Below are positions 1 through 10,708 of a stretch of 20,418 bases of DNA, piece after piece. The notes beneath the pieces were generated by a model. It saw only the letters and a list, made by a program, of their open reading frames with translations. It was not told the origin of the DNA and searched no databases. The stretch is from contig NW_021824000.1 in assembly GCF_006345805.1 (NCBI RefSeq), positions 1 through 20,418 on the forward strand, read 5' to 3'. The stretch comes from Octopus sinensis. Taxonomy: Eukaryota. Made by a program: the position numbers and the translations under genes. The number at the start of each line of letters is the position of its first letter. Within the stretch, counting starts at the first letter, position 1.

Positions 1-35
1 TTATATTTAGCCTCTTGCAGGCAATAAAGAAATAA

Positions 36-218
36 GAAACTTTAGCACGCCGGGCGAAATGTTCAGCAGTATTTCGTCTATCTTTACGTTCTGCGTTCAA
101 ATTCCACCTTCCATCCTTTCGGAGGCTATAAATTAACTACCAGTTGCGTACTGGAGTCGATCTAATCGACTGGCCCCCTTCCCCAAATTTCGAGCCTTGT
201 GTCCAGAGAAGAAAAGAA
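36..218 (+). mobile_element. tRNA-derived SINE, family A (5'-truncated, diverged)
   Basis: Aligns to the full copy at 1042-1272 (TTAGCACGCCGGGCGAAATG, B-box-like GTTCAAATTC, central CCTTCCATCCTTTCGG...TACCAG). Preceded at 1-35 by the tail of another copy (AATAAAGAAATA). Confidence 0.8.
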
Positions 219-296
219 TATATATATGTGTGTGTGTGTGTATGTGTGTGTGTGTGTTTGTGTGTTTATGCATGCATGCATACATATGAGTTCAAT

Positions 297-686
297 TCCA
301 TGAGCGGGCGGTACGTTTTCTCCTTGAGCTAAGCACTTCATTTCACGTTGCGCCAATTTACTCAACCGAAAATGTGTATTAGGCCAGTGTTGGTTAGAAC
401 ATTCTTTCTCCTTCTCCCTCTCCCTCTCTCTCTGCCCCTTCCCCCCTCTCTCTCTCTCTCTCTATATATATATATCACGTGACCACGTGACTAACCAGGC
501 TATCAGATGTTGCTACACATCGCTGGTCACAATGCACTTCGCATTGTTTTAGCCTTCAAATGATATATACACACATATATATCCATGAGCGGGCGGTACG
601 TTCTCTCCTTGAGCTAAGTACATCATTTCACGTTGCGCCAATTTACTCAACCGAAAATGAGTATTAGGCCAGTGTTGGTTAGAACA
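297..686 (+). repeat. Two 105-bp direct copies (297-401, 582-686) of a SINE-like fragment, family D
   Basis: TCCATGAGCGGGCGGTACG...TGGTTAGAACA occurs twice with 4 mismatches; it contains a CORE/V-SINE-like TCCTTGAGCTAAGCACTT segment. Confidence 0.75.
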
Positions 687-807
687 CACATACACACCAC
701 ACACACGCACGCACGCACGCACGCACGCACGCTGGCACACTCTCTCTCTTTCTCTCTCACAGGTGTTAAATTCCATGATGCTTAAATTCATGGTTGGGCC
801 CATGAAT

Positions 808-925
808 GCCATGAGTTCGATTCTAGGACCGAGTGGTGTGTTTTCTCCTCGAGCAAGATACTTTATTTTACGATGTTCCAGATTACTGAGCTAAAAATGT
901 ATACAAGCCCAGTGTTGGTGGAACG
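808..925 (+). mobile_element. SINE-like fragment, family D
   Basis: B-box-like GAGTTCGATTC then CTCGAGCAAGATACTTTA; homologous to 297-401 and nearly identical to 1621-1699. Confidence 0.6.
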
Positions 926-936
926 CTGTACCCCTT

Positions 937-987
937 CTTCAACTATCTCGTCCTTCAACTTACTCGTTCTTCAACTGACTCGTCCTT
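937..987 (+). repeat. 16-bp minisatellite, about 3 units
   Basis: CTTCAACTATCTCGTC / CTTCAACTTACTCGTT / CTTCAACTGACTCGTC. Confidence 0.75.
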
Positions 988-1041
988 ACACTAAGTCGAA
1001 AGTGGTAGAACCGAGGTGACTATATGTGTACACATATGGAA

Positions 1042-1272
1042 GGCGGCGAGCTGGGCGAAACGTTAGCACGCCGGGCGAAATGTGTAGCCGTATTTCGTCT
1101 GTCGTTACGTTCTGAGTTCAAATTCTGCCGAGGTCGACTTTGCCTTTCATCCTTTCGGGGTCGATAAATTAAGTACCAGTTACGCACTGGGGTCGATGTA
1201 ATCGACTTAATCCGTCTGTCTGTCCTTGTTTGTCCCCACTGTGTTTAGCACCTTGTGGGTAGTAAAGAAATA
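1042..1272 (+). mobile_element. tRNA-derived SINE, family A, full length
   Basis: GGCGGCGAGCTGG head (A-box-like), GAGTTCAAATT B-box, central domain GCCTTTCATCCTTTCGGGGTCGATAAATTAAGTACCAG (resembles Meta/Nin-type conserved SINE domains), tail ending AAAGAAATA into TA. At least 7 copies in the window. Confidence 0.88.
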
Positions 1273-1406
1273 TATATACAGTGTAGCAATAATGGTGGTG
1301 GTGGCGACGACAGTTCTTGAGTGGGGCGACGCGATGGTGAAGCTGGCGCTAACTGATGTTGTGTTGGGCTACTTTTTCCTTATCATCATCATCATCATCA
1401 TTCAAA

Positions 1407-1775
1407 GGCGGCGAGCTTGAAGAAACGTTAGCACGCCGGGCGAAATGCTTAGCGGTATTTCGTCTGCCGCTGCGTTGTGAGTTCAAATTCCGCTGAGGTC
1501 GACTTTCCCTTTTATCCTTTCGGGGCCAATAAATTGTCGATGACGACGACGGTGATAATGGTGATGGTGGTGGTGGTGGTGGTTGTGGTGGTGGTGGCGG
1601 TGGTAGTGGTAGTGGTGGGGGCCATGAGTTCGATTCTAGGACTGAGTGGTGTGTTTTCTCCTCGAGCAAGATACTTTATTTTACGATGTTCCAGATTACG
1701 CACTGTTCCAGTTACGCACTGGGGTCGATATAATCAACTTATGCCGTCCTCCAAAATTCCAGGCCTCTGGCTTCC
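1407..1775 (+). mobile_element. SINE family A copy interrupted by (GTG)n and a family D fragment
   Basis: Head 1407-1535; the body resumes at about 1707 (CCAGTTACGCACTGGGGTCGAT) after a 170-bp insert. Confidence 0.7.
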
Positions 1776-1789
1776 AATTATTATTGAAA

Positions 1790-2125
1790 AGCGGCGTTTC
1801 ATCCTTCTTTATCGTTTGAGTTCAATTTCCGTCAAAGTCAGATTTACCTTCCATCCATTCCATTCGGGGTCAATAAAATAAGTACCAGTTGAGTACTGGG
1901 GTCGACGCAATCAACCTAGTCCTCCTTCGAAATTACTGGCCTTCTACCAACATTTGAAGCCATTATTATTGTCATTATTCTGAGTTCAAATTTCGCCGAG
2001 GTCGACTTTGCCTTTCATCCTTTCGTTGGTCGATTAGATAAGTACCATTTACGTACTGGGGTCGTGGTAATCGACTAATCCCCTCCCCGCAAATTTCACG
2101 CCTTGTACCTTTAGTGGAAAGGATT
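1790..2125 (+). mobile_element. Two further 5'-truncated SINE family A copies (about 1790-1965 and 1978-2125)
   Basis: Each has GAGTTCAA, the CCTT(T/C)CATCC...GTC(A/G)AT...AAGTACCA domain and CTGGGGTCG. Confidence 0.8.
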
Positions 2126-2466
2126 ATTATTGTCGTTGTTATTGTTGTTTTGTTGCTGTTATTGTTGTTCCTCTTCTTCTTCCAATCAGGAATCACGCCA
2201 CTAGCCTCAAACAATAATCTCTAATTCGAGCCTACTCTAAGCTACTAAGAATGCGTGTGGCAACTTGAAGATCCACCCACCACAAGCGATAGACTGGCGG
2301 TTGCACGGGCGCGAAAGCTACGTCGTTATCCTCATTCTGTAATCGGCGGCTTTGAACGGGGGGAGAGCTGGACCATCCTGGGGTACAAAGGATTCGCAAT
2401 CTAGACTAGGGTCTGAAAGTTTGCCACACCATAGTGGGTTACACCATGGTTCCTCTGCTTTGTGGC

Positions 2467-2664
2467 AGAAGTAGGAAGAAAGAGTGAGAGGAAGTTGTGG
2501 TGAAAGAGTACAGCGGGGTTCACCACCAACCCCACCTCCGCCGGAGCCTCGTGGAGCTTAGGTGTTTTTGCTCAATAAACACACACAATGCCCGGTCTGG
2601 GAATCGAAACCGCGTTCTTACGACCGCGAGTCCGCTGCTCTAACCACTGGGCCATTACACCTCC
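2467..2664 (-). mobile_element. tRNA-derived SINE, family C (head and body)
   Basis: Minus strand reads GGAGGTGTAATGGCCCAGTGGTTAGAGC (A box) ... GGTTTCGATTCCC (B box); homologous to 6845-7014. Confidence 0.85.
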
Positions 2665-3235
2665 GCTGTTGCTGTTGTTGTTGTTGTTCTTACTGATATT
2701 GATGTTTGTATCGTGACTTTTTTTTTATTGTTGTGATTGTTGCTGCTGTTAATTACATTGGTCTTGTTGGCGATAACGTTTTGTTGTTGTTGTTGCTATT
2801 GTTGGTGATGTTGATGGTACTAATATTGTCTTTGCTGTTGTTGTTATTGCTGCTGCAGTTATTGTTGTTGTTGTTGTTGTTGTTGGTGCTGCTGCTGCAG
2901 TTGTTGCTCTGTTAATGTTATTAGTCTTGTTGCCAAGTTCTTTTCCATGACGCTGGTGATGCGAACGTTGCCCTAGCAACCGGCGTAGTTTGCAAATGCT
3001 CGCATTATTACTATTGTTGCTGTTGTTGTTGTTACTGAATCTGCTGCAGCTCCTGTAACCGCTGCTGCTGGTGCTGCTGCTGCTGGTGCTGCTGCTGCTG
3101 GTGCTGCTGCTGCTGGTGCTGCTGCTGCTGGTGTCATTGTTGCATTTCCAGTGTTGCTGCTGTTGATATTATTGGTCTCGTTCTCGTTGTTGTTGTTGTT
3201 GCTGCTGTTGTTATTGTTGTGGTTGTAGCTGCCGG
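2665..3235. repeat. (GTT)n/(GCT)n low-complexity tract including (GCTGCTGCTGCTGGT)n at 3061-3133
   Basis: Directly visible trinucleotide repeats; source of the poly-Leu/poly-Thr ORFs. Confidence 0.9.
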
Positions 3236-3467
3236 TGTTACTGATTCACTCAAGTAGTTCTCGATTATAGTTATCTGCACGCACTGTTGCTAATAAAATG
3301 CAGTTGTGATGCACCTAAGTGGGATACAGAAAGACATTCGTTGCGTGCTGCACAATGCACTGTGCACTGATTCCGAAGAGCGTAAGGTGTAAGAAGGGTG
3401 GAAAGCGCAGCAGGGAGGGAAAAGAAGACGTTGATGAACAAGTATATGCATGCATTTATGCATGCAG

Positions 3468-3497
3468 ATATATATATATTACTGATATATATATATA

Positions 3498-3567
<70 letters not shown>

Positions 3568-3579
3568 CATATATATATG

Positions 3580-3610
<31 letters not shown>

Positions 3611-3878
3611 ATATATATATATATATATACATATATATACATATATATGCATGTATGTATGTATGTATGTATATATGAATGCTGTGAGATAGACAAAGGG
3701 CGAGGGAAAGAGAGAGAGAGAGAGAAAGAAAGGGAGAGAAAGAGGAGGGGTAGAAATGTCGAAATGAGAGACGAAATATTGCAAACAGACATAAACTAGT
3801 GTGAAGTGATACACCCACACACATATATACATATATACATATATATGTATATATATGTATATATATATGTATATATAG

Positions 3879-3927
<49 letters not shown>

Positions 3928-3991
3928 ATACATATATATATATATACATATTATAAACATACATACATAATTATATATATATATATATTAT
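3468..3991. repeat. (TA)n / (TATG)n / (GA)n microsatellite complex
   Basis: Directly visible. Confidence 0.92.
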
Positions 3992-4832
3992 ATTATATAA
4001 AAGGGCTTAGTAAAATAAATTACTTTGCCGCATACTGAACTCATTAGAAATAGCAGCTAAAAAACATTTATAAAACTATTTCTAATACTTAAAGAAAACC
4101 TCTCTCATATAGTGTTTGCTCAATTCAACTCACGAAAGTATGGGGGGTAGAGACATTAAAAATCAAATGCATAGGTTATTGAGAACGTACGTTTCAAGAT
4201 TAGTCAAACTCGACATTTCTATCATCAGCTCAGAACTCCCTGGTTTGGATTTGAAAACACTGAAAGTGGGAGCATACCCCTTCGGCCTCCTATCGCTTCT
4301 GAAGATCCGCTCGTAACTAACAGTGCCAACAAACTCAAATATGGCAAGCGAAGAATTTCTGCTCTCCCCTTTCCACCAGCGTGGGTTAAAATCAGTAAAC
4401 ACTATGCTTTTTTCGGTAAAATCCGAGGCATTTAAATAGAGAGAGATGAATTATAATTTCAACAATTGAGGGTAAAATTAATTAATAATCAATTCACCAA
4501 GTGTTCAGTATGCAAAGGGACCATTTAAGGCGAATTCAAATTATTACATTATATAAAAGGGCTTAGTAAAATAAATTACTACCCCCCATACTTTCGTGAG
4601 TTGAATTGAGCAAACACTATATGAGAGAGGTTTTCTTTAAGTATTAGAATAGTTTTATAAATGTTTTTTAGCTGCTATTTCTAATGAGTTCAGTATGCGG
4701 CAAAGTAATTATTTTACTAAGCCCTTTTATATAATGTAATAATTTGAATTCGCCTTAAATGGTCCTTTGCATACTGAACACTTGGTGAAATTGATTAATT
4801 AATTAATTTTACCCTCAATTGTTGAAATTATA
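3992..4832. mobile_element. Non-autonomous Penelope-like pseudo-LTR / retrozyme-like element in partial-tandem plus inverted arrangement
   Basis: 33-bp direct repeat 3992-4024 = 4548-4580 (556-bp period); 4579-4735 is the reverse complement of 3992-4150 and 4736-4832 of 4452-4547; hammerhead inside; (TA)n at both ends. Confidence 0.75.
4180..4232 (-). ncRNA. Type I minimal hammerhead ribozyme
   Basis: Minus strand: UGAG-CUGAUGA-[u AGA aau GUC gaguuu GAC uaa UCU u]-GAAA-CGUACG-UU-CUCA. Stem I UGAG/CUCA, palindromic stem III ACGUACGU, GUU cleavage triplet. Confidence 0.8.
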
Positions 4833-5079
4833 TATATATATATATATATATTTATGTATACAGACACACACATAGACATACATATATATAAACACGCACT
4901 CAAATACATAAATACACATATATAAATATACTTATGAATGTATTTATATATATATATATTTCAGGCATGCACATGCGTATATTATATGTATAAACCACAT
5001 ACTCGTTTGTATATAAGTATTATATATTTTAACTCACACAAACATATATGCTAATACACGTGTGTGTTGTTCTCCCTCG

Positions 5080-5111
<32 letters not shown>

Positions 5112-5199
5112 GTATATATACACAAAACATACGTACACGCGCGAGCACACACACACAATTTTCTAGGCTTATTATATCAAGGACTGTAGCGCCATTATA

Positions 5200-5820
5200 T
5201 ATGAGGTGTTTGGATTAAATTTGACAGTTTGCATAAGAGGGGAGGAAAAACAGAAATGAAAATATTCTATTGAAAAATAAAAATATTAAAAAAAACAGAA
5301 ACATACCAACTAGAATATGGTTGGAATATAACAGTTTACTCAACATTTATTGCAAATTATTGTGCTTCCATCATGGCCTCAAAATGGTCCCGGAGCCTGG
5401 CTCATGCGTTACCCAATGTAACTCTGGGGAGATCTTCAAACACCTTGATCTTCAAACACTTCGGCTTTGGTATTGCAAGCAGAATGGTTGGTGTCTTTCT
5501 GAGTTGCATCCACATATAATAGTCTGTAGGGCTACAATTAAAGGAATTACGATACCAGAAATTGGAGCTGGTGAAGTCGTAGAAATCCTCAGTCGATCAC
5601 TTTTGACTCTTTCCGGAGGTATTCCCAGGAGCCGAATCCTGCTGCCGCACAATGAGCTTTCCAGCAGCAGTCTTCTCCACCCAGGGCTTCCGCACAGTCT
5701 CCAGCAATTTCACATAGTCGTCTGAATTGAGCCTAAGGCCCTGTTCAAAGATGTGAGGCGGTTTACATCACCCTCACTGGGGATCCACCCAAAAATATTG
5801 CAGTTTTGGGTAACTTAATA
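5200..5820 (-). pseudogene. Decayed Tc1/mariner transposase, DD37D (maT)-like, 3' half with probable terminal repeat near 5200
   Basis: Minus-strand translation across stops and frameshifts: PPHIFEQGLRLNSDDYVKLLETVRKPW...QQDSAPGNTSGKSQK*...FWYRNSFNCSPTDYYMW...FEAMMEAQ*. This matches the QQDSAP...WPPNSPDCNPMDY catalytic region; stop at about 5357. Confidence 0.8.
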
Positions 5821-5999
5821 TTCATGATATCCATGTCACGTGTTTGATCCTTTGCTGTGTTTACAGTATATTGAGCTTAAATCATGATATCGGTATTTGA
5901 TACCCGGCTCGAACCATCATGATACAGGTAACTCCTTTCCAATATTCAGATGGCTTCCAGTCCACCATGTCAGATAACTTCTGCTTAACTAGTTTAATA

Positions 6000-6408
6000 T
6001 CGAGCCCGTCTGGCTATTAGCGCGCGTCTACGATGAGTCTACGATTTTAAAAATAATTTAACATCATTTTTTATTCCATTTTAATGCATAATTTTTCGTG
6101 TGTCGATGGCGGCGGAGTTGGCGTCCATGGTCACACTTGCACCTGTGTTGCTTCTCCCCCTTCTTCCCTCCCTCGTGAAGCTGTGGGGAAGGGAGTGTAA
6201 GGAAATCAACGTCGTAAAGCGTTGTCAAGGAGACCAGCGTTCTTTTAGAACAACGACTTCATGGCTTGAAGACACTGAGTCAACGATTAAAAAAAAAAAT
6301 TATCATTTTTTATTCCATTTTTAATGCATTTTTTTGCTATAACTCTCTAAAAATGCTTATATAGTTATTTCCCTTACAAACCCGAGCAATGCCGGGCGAT
6401 ACTGCTAG
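6000..6408 (+). mobile_element. Probable non-autonomous Helitron
   Basis: A|TC at 5999/6000; GC-rich hairpin CCCG(A)GC-AAT-GCCGGG at 6381-6396, 8 nt upstream of terminal CTAG|T (6405-6409); no TSD; internal ~52-bp direct repeat (6035-6089, 6277-6328). The 5' end is less certain. Confidence 0.65.
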
Positions 6409-6652
6409 TGAATAATAAAAATTTAAGTAACAAAATATTTCGAAATAATGGACTATAAGTGACTGTCCAGTCAAAACGTCAATTGAAGATTGAACAAACG
6501 ACTCTACATTATACAACGCAGAATAGATAAATGAAAACTTTTAAACAATTAAAGGATATTAAGTAAAGACCCTGAAGAAACTGCATTGGTTGTTAAAAGA
6601 TTTAAAGGTAATGCTATGCAACTCCGTAATAATCCTTATTACTATTGTGGAA

Positions 6653-7014
6653 GCACTCCGTCGGTTACGACGACGAGGGTTCCGGTTGATCCGATTAACG
6701 GAACAGCCTGCTCGTGAAATTAACGTGTAAGTGGCTGAGCACTCCACAGACACGTGTACCCTTAACGTAGTTCTCGGGGATATTCAGCGTGACACAGAGA
6801 GTGACAAGGCCGGCCCTTTGAAATACAGGTACATCAGAAACAGGAAGTAAGAGTGAGAGAAAGTTGTGATGAAAGAGTACAGCAGGGATCACCACCATCC
6901 CTGCCGGAGCCTCGTGGAGCTTTAGGTGCTTTCGCTCAATAAACACTCACAACGCCCGGTCTGGGAATCGAAACCGCGAGTCCGCTGCCCTAACCACTGG
7001 GCCATTGCGCCTCC
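6653..7014 (-). mobile_element. tRNA-derived SINE, family C, full length
   Basis: Minus strand GGAGGCGCAATGGCCCAGTGGTTAGGGCAGC...GGTTTCGATTCCC head; body shared with 2467-2664; distinct ~190-bp tail. Confidence 0.85.
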
Positions 7015-7094
7015 ACTTATTACTATTAACATTGCTGACACAGACACACACATATACATATGTATCTCTATATACATATACACACACATTCAAA

Positions 7095-7295
7095 ATGTGA
7101 CCGCGTGTGTACCGGTGGCGACTTTTTCCCTCTGTCTTCCCTTCTCAGGATCTTTCCTTCTCCTATGTTTCCGACGAAGAGCTCCGCTCAAAACGTTAAA
7201 CCCTCCTTATTTCCTGAGCGTCCAATAATACTATATTTGTTCCACGTCCTCGTGTTGTTGTGTTTTTTTGTGCTTTCTTGTTGGGATTAACTTTA
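7095..7295 (+). mobile_element. Penelope-like pseudo-LTR fragment with degenerate hammerhead (7167-7201)
   Basis: GUUU-CCGACGA-a-GAGC ucc GCUC-AAAA-CG-UU-AAAC: stems I and II intact, core mutated (U4C, G12A). A T-rich 3' part ends in a TA/CA microsatellite. Confidence 0.55.
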
Positions 7296-7346
7296 TACAC
7301 ACATATAGATATACATATATATGTACATACGCACACACATACATAT

Positions 7347-7491
7347 ACTCTTTTACTATTTTACTTGTTTCAGTCATTTGACTGGGGCCATGCTGGAGCA
7401 CCGCCTTTAGTCGAGCAAATCGACCCTAGGACTTATTCTTTGTAGGCCTAGTACTTATTCTGTCGGTCACTTTTGCCGAACCGTTAAGTTA
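7347..7491 (-). mobile_element. SINE family B, 3' fragment
   Basis: Near-identical to about 7640-7780 and to the reverse complement of about 12675-12810. Confidence 0.85.
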
Positions 7492-7632
7492 TAAGTTAAG
7501 TTATATTGCAAAATTACAATCACTCATTCATCTGTCGCAAAGTTAGGAAGACAATTTTCTAAAGTGGAAATTTCTATGACTTAATATCTTATTGTTGTAG
7601 TTTTCCGTCACGTTCTGTTCACAAAACCATAC

Positions 7633-8020
7633 TCTTTACTCTTTACTCTTTTCCTTGTTTCAGTCATTTGACTGCGGCCATGCTGGAGCACCGCCTTTAG
7701 TCGAGCAAATCGACCCCGAGACTTATTCTTTGTAAGCCCAGTACTTATTCTATCGATCTCTTTTGCCGAACCGCTAAGTGACGGGGACGTAATAACACCA
7801 GCATCGGTTGTCAAGTTATGGTGAGGGAGAAACACAGACACAAGCATACACACACACAGAGACATGATGGGCTTCTTTCAGTTTCCATCTACCAAATCCA
7901 TTCACAAGGTTTTAGTCGGCCTGAGGCTATAGTAAAAGACACTTACCCAAGCTGCCACACAGTGGGACTGATCCCACAACAATGTGAGTAATCTACTTAC
8001 CATACTTCCACTCCTGTGCC
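7633..8020 (-). mobile_element. tRNA-derived CORE-like SINE, family B, full length
   Basis: Reverse-complement homolog of 12405-12810; simple-repeat tail (CTCTTTA)n on the + strand. Confidence 0.85.
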
Positions 8021-8150
8021 TATATAGTTGAAATTTACAGAAAAACAAAAGACGAAGATGGGTGCATAAACAACATGCAGGTCTATTAAGTTGACGCTTT
8101 GGAAAGTGAGAAAGTTTTTACGTTTCGAGCCTACGCTCTTCATCAGAGCG
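8021..8150 (-). mobile_element. Penelope-like pseudo-LTR fragment with hammerhead core (8115-8146)
   Basis: Minus strand CUGAUGA-a-GAGC guag GCUC-GAAA-CG-UA. The 5' strand of stem I is lost to the adjacent (TATG)n; same GAGC/GCUC stem II design as 7167-7201. Confidence 0.6.
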
Positions 8151-8194
8151 TATGTATGTATTATGTATGTATGTATATATATGTACGTATGTAA

Positions 8195-8282
8195 ATATGG
8201 TAATGGTAAGACAACAAAAGAATGAAAGAGAGTTCGATATTATGTAAATAGAGGAATTTATCTGTAAATATATGTGACAATT

Positions 8283-8327
<45 letters not shown>

Positions 8328-8440
8328 TTGATGGACCGATAACTGAAGAGATGCCGGTGCGGGTTTTCGGCTCCGACATCCGAAACTCGGAGTTTTATCA
8401 TGCCAACCGAATAATTGTCCCATTATTTATTTACAGATAT
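8195..8440. mobile_element. Eroded palindromic pseudo-LTR element related to 16122-16461
   Basis: 8195-8286 reverse complement aligns to 16375-16461; 8258-8286 is inverted relative to 8409-8439; (TA)n in the middle. Confidence 0.65.
8338..8399 (+). ncRNA. Type I hammerhead ribozyme
   Basis: GAUAA-CUGAAGA-[GAUG...CAUC]c-GAAA-CUC g GAG-UU-UUAUC. Stem I GAUAA/UUAUC, stem III ACUC/GAGU. Confidence 0.75.
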
Positions 8441-9261
8441 ATATATATATACACATTTTCGAACATTTAAGAATGTGTGTGTGTATCTGTGTGTAGAAGT
8501 GTATTTGCGTGTATATGGGTGTAATTATGAATATATTCATATAAATGCATATACGATTGTGAATGTACATAGGTACATGTGTGTGTATACACACACACAC
8601 ACACATATATATACATTCATGTGTATATGTATATATGTACGTTTATATTTACGCATATACATATATTTCAGTGTGTGCATTGAGTGCCTCCGTATGTGTG
8701 TGTGTGGTTGTCAGCGTGGCTGTGAGTGTTTCTATGTGTGTGCGTGTGTAACAATTATGCGTCGTTCCGACATAGCTATATGCGACATCTGAAGCCGCAT
8801 TCGCGTGTAGATGAATCAAAAAATCACATACTACGAAAACAAGTCAGACGACCACGCGTATCTCGCAACTCCAACCAATTTCATAACGATGCGACCATTA
8901 AGTGATTTAAATTAAAATTCAAAGATGTCGTACATACAATTACGCCAGTATATTACAGACCGGAAATATGTTTCATAAAAGGCGGAAGACACAATTCGAT
9001 GTACTGTTCCAGTGTGGTTCGGCTGCACAAAAGGACGAAAAAATAAATGGAAATAAGGTTAAGAATCGAAAGAAAGACCACAATATATGTCAAGTGAATT
9101 ATTCATTTCCATTTTTGTTCGTATTCCATTTATTTATCTAATAAAAGTTTGTGTCGTCGTTGTTCGTAATAGAGCAAATCAAATATGCAGAATTGTGTTG
9201 TTCACACCATTGTACAAACTACACACTCCATTGTTCTTTTGTTTTATATGTGTGCACATAT

Positions 9262-9505
<244 letters not shown>

Positions 9506-9954
9506 ATAATTTAGGTATGTACATACATACGTGCAAACATAGACACATACATATATATATATGTATATACATATATATATATACATATATTTAAAGATAA
9601 ATAAATAAATAAATAGGAATATATATATATATATATATAGAGTTATATACATATATACATACAGTTATATACATACAAACATATATTTAGACAGACAGAT
9701 ATTTCTCTCTCCTTCTTTCTCTCTCTCTATATATATGTATACACACATGCAAATATTACGCATAAGATATATAATACTTAAAGGCACATGTGTGTGTGTG
9801 CACTTGTCTGTGTGTGTGCACTTGTATGTATGAATGTATGTACATGCATACACACAGACATATATTTACATAACAAGAGGTAGAGGCATGGATGAGCAGA
9901 ATGCTAGACAGACTGGTAGATTTCTCCCCCTCATACAAGTACACATATAAGTAC

Positions 9955-9963
9955 GTACATATG

Positions 9964-10033
<70 letters not shown>

Positions 10034-10090
10034 ATATATATCTACATACACACATATATACATGTATGTATAAATATATGTATATGTAAA
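9955..10090. repeat. (TA)n microsatellite
   Basis: Directly visible. Confidence 0.93.
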
Positions 10091-10487
10091 TACACTTACA
10101 CACACAACCGCGCGCGCACAAGCACGCACGTATACAAACACACACACACAAACGCATCACACACACTAACGAAACACGAATTCGATAGGGAGGTGTAGCA
10201 AATACCATACACGATATTTTCTTGATTTATGGAAATTTCTTTTGTAGACAGTGATGGAAATCTAAAACTAAGTATTAATTCTTACTAACTGTGGATAATA
10301 AACGTAGATGGTTTCAAGAAATTAGGAATTAACAAGGTTAAAAGAAAAGAAAATGAGCTACAAAAACCAATAAAAATCAGAAAAAATCTGATATTCATTT
10401 TGGACACGAGAGAAACTAGTAGATGCATTTCAGTGGTTTCAATATTGAAGCAGAGTGCTCGTCAGCCAACATATATAGATCTTTTAA

Positions 10488-10708
10488 CTCTTTGGCATTT
10501 AAATCGACAATATCTGGTCGAAATAATCTATTATTACTACGTTTAAACTGGTCGGATCTGGCCTTTCGCATCTCCACTACAATGTTTTTCTAGGAAATAA
10601 CAATTGCACCATTGACATTTCGATGCTGCGAGATTAATGCGTGATTAGTTCAAAACAATGTGAATAGATAAGATTTACGTTTGCACGAATAATCTGAATA
10701 ATAAGGGG
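10488..10708. mobile_element. TTAA-flanked (piggyBac-type) MITE nested in the hAT element
   Basis: TTAA|CTCTTTGGCATT ... AATAATAAGGGG|TTAA: degenerate CCCTTT/AAAGGG-type termini with TTAA duplication. Confidence 0.55.

Noticed and set aside
1042-1130. tRNA-like heads of the SINEs as tRNA genes
   Set aside because: A/B boxes are present but there is no full cloverleaf, and each continues into a SINE body.
4299-4350. Isolated CTGANGA words (about 4300+, 6572+, 10459-, 11472+)
   Set aside because: No correctly placed GAAA, stems or stem I closure, so not hammerheads.
5270-5725. 151-aa plus-strand ORF
   Set aside because: Antisense shadow of the decayed maT-like transposase on the minus strand.
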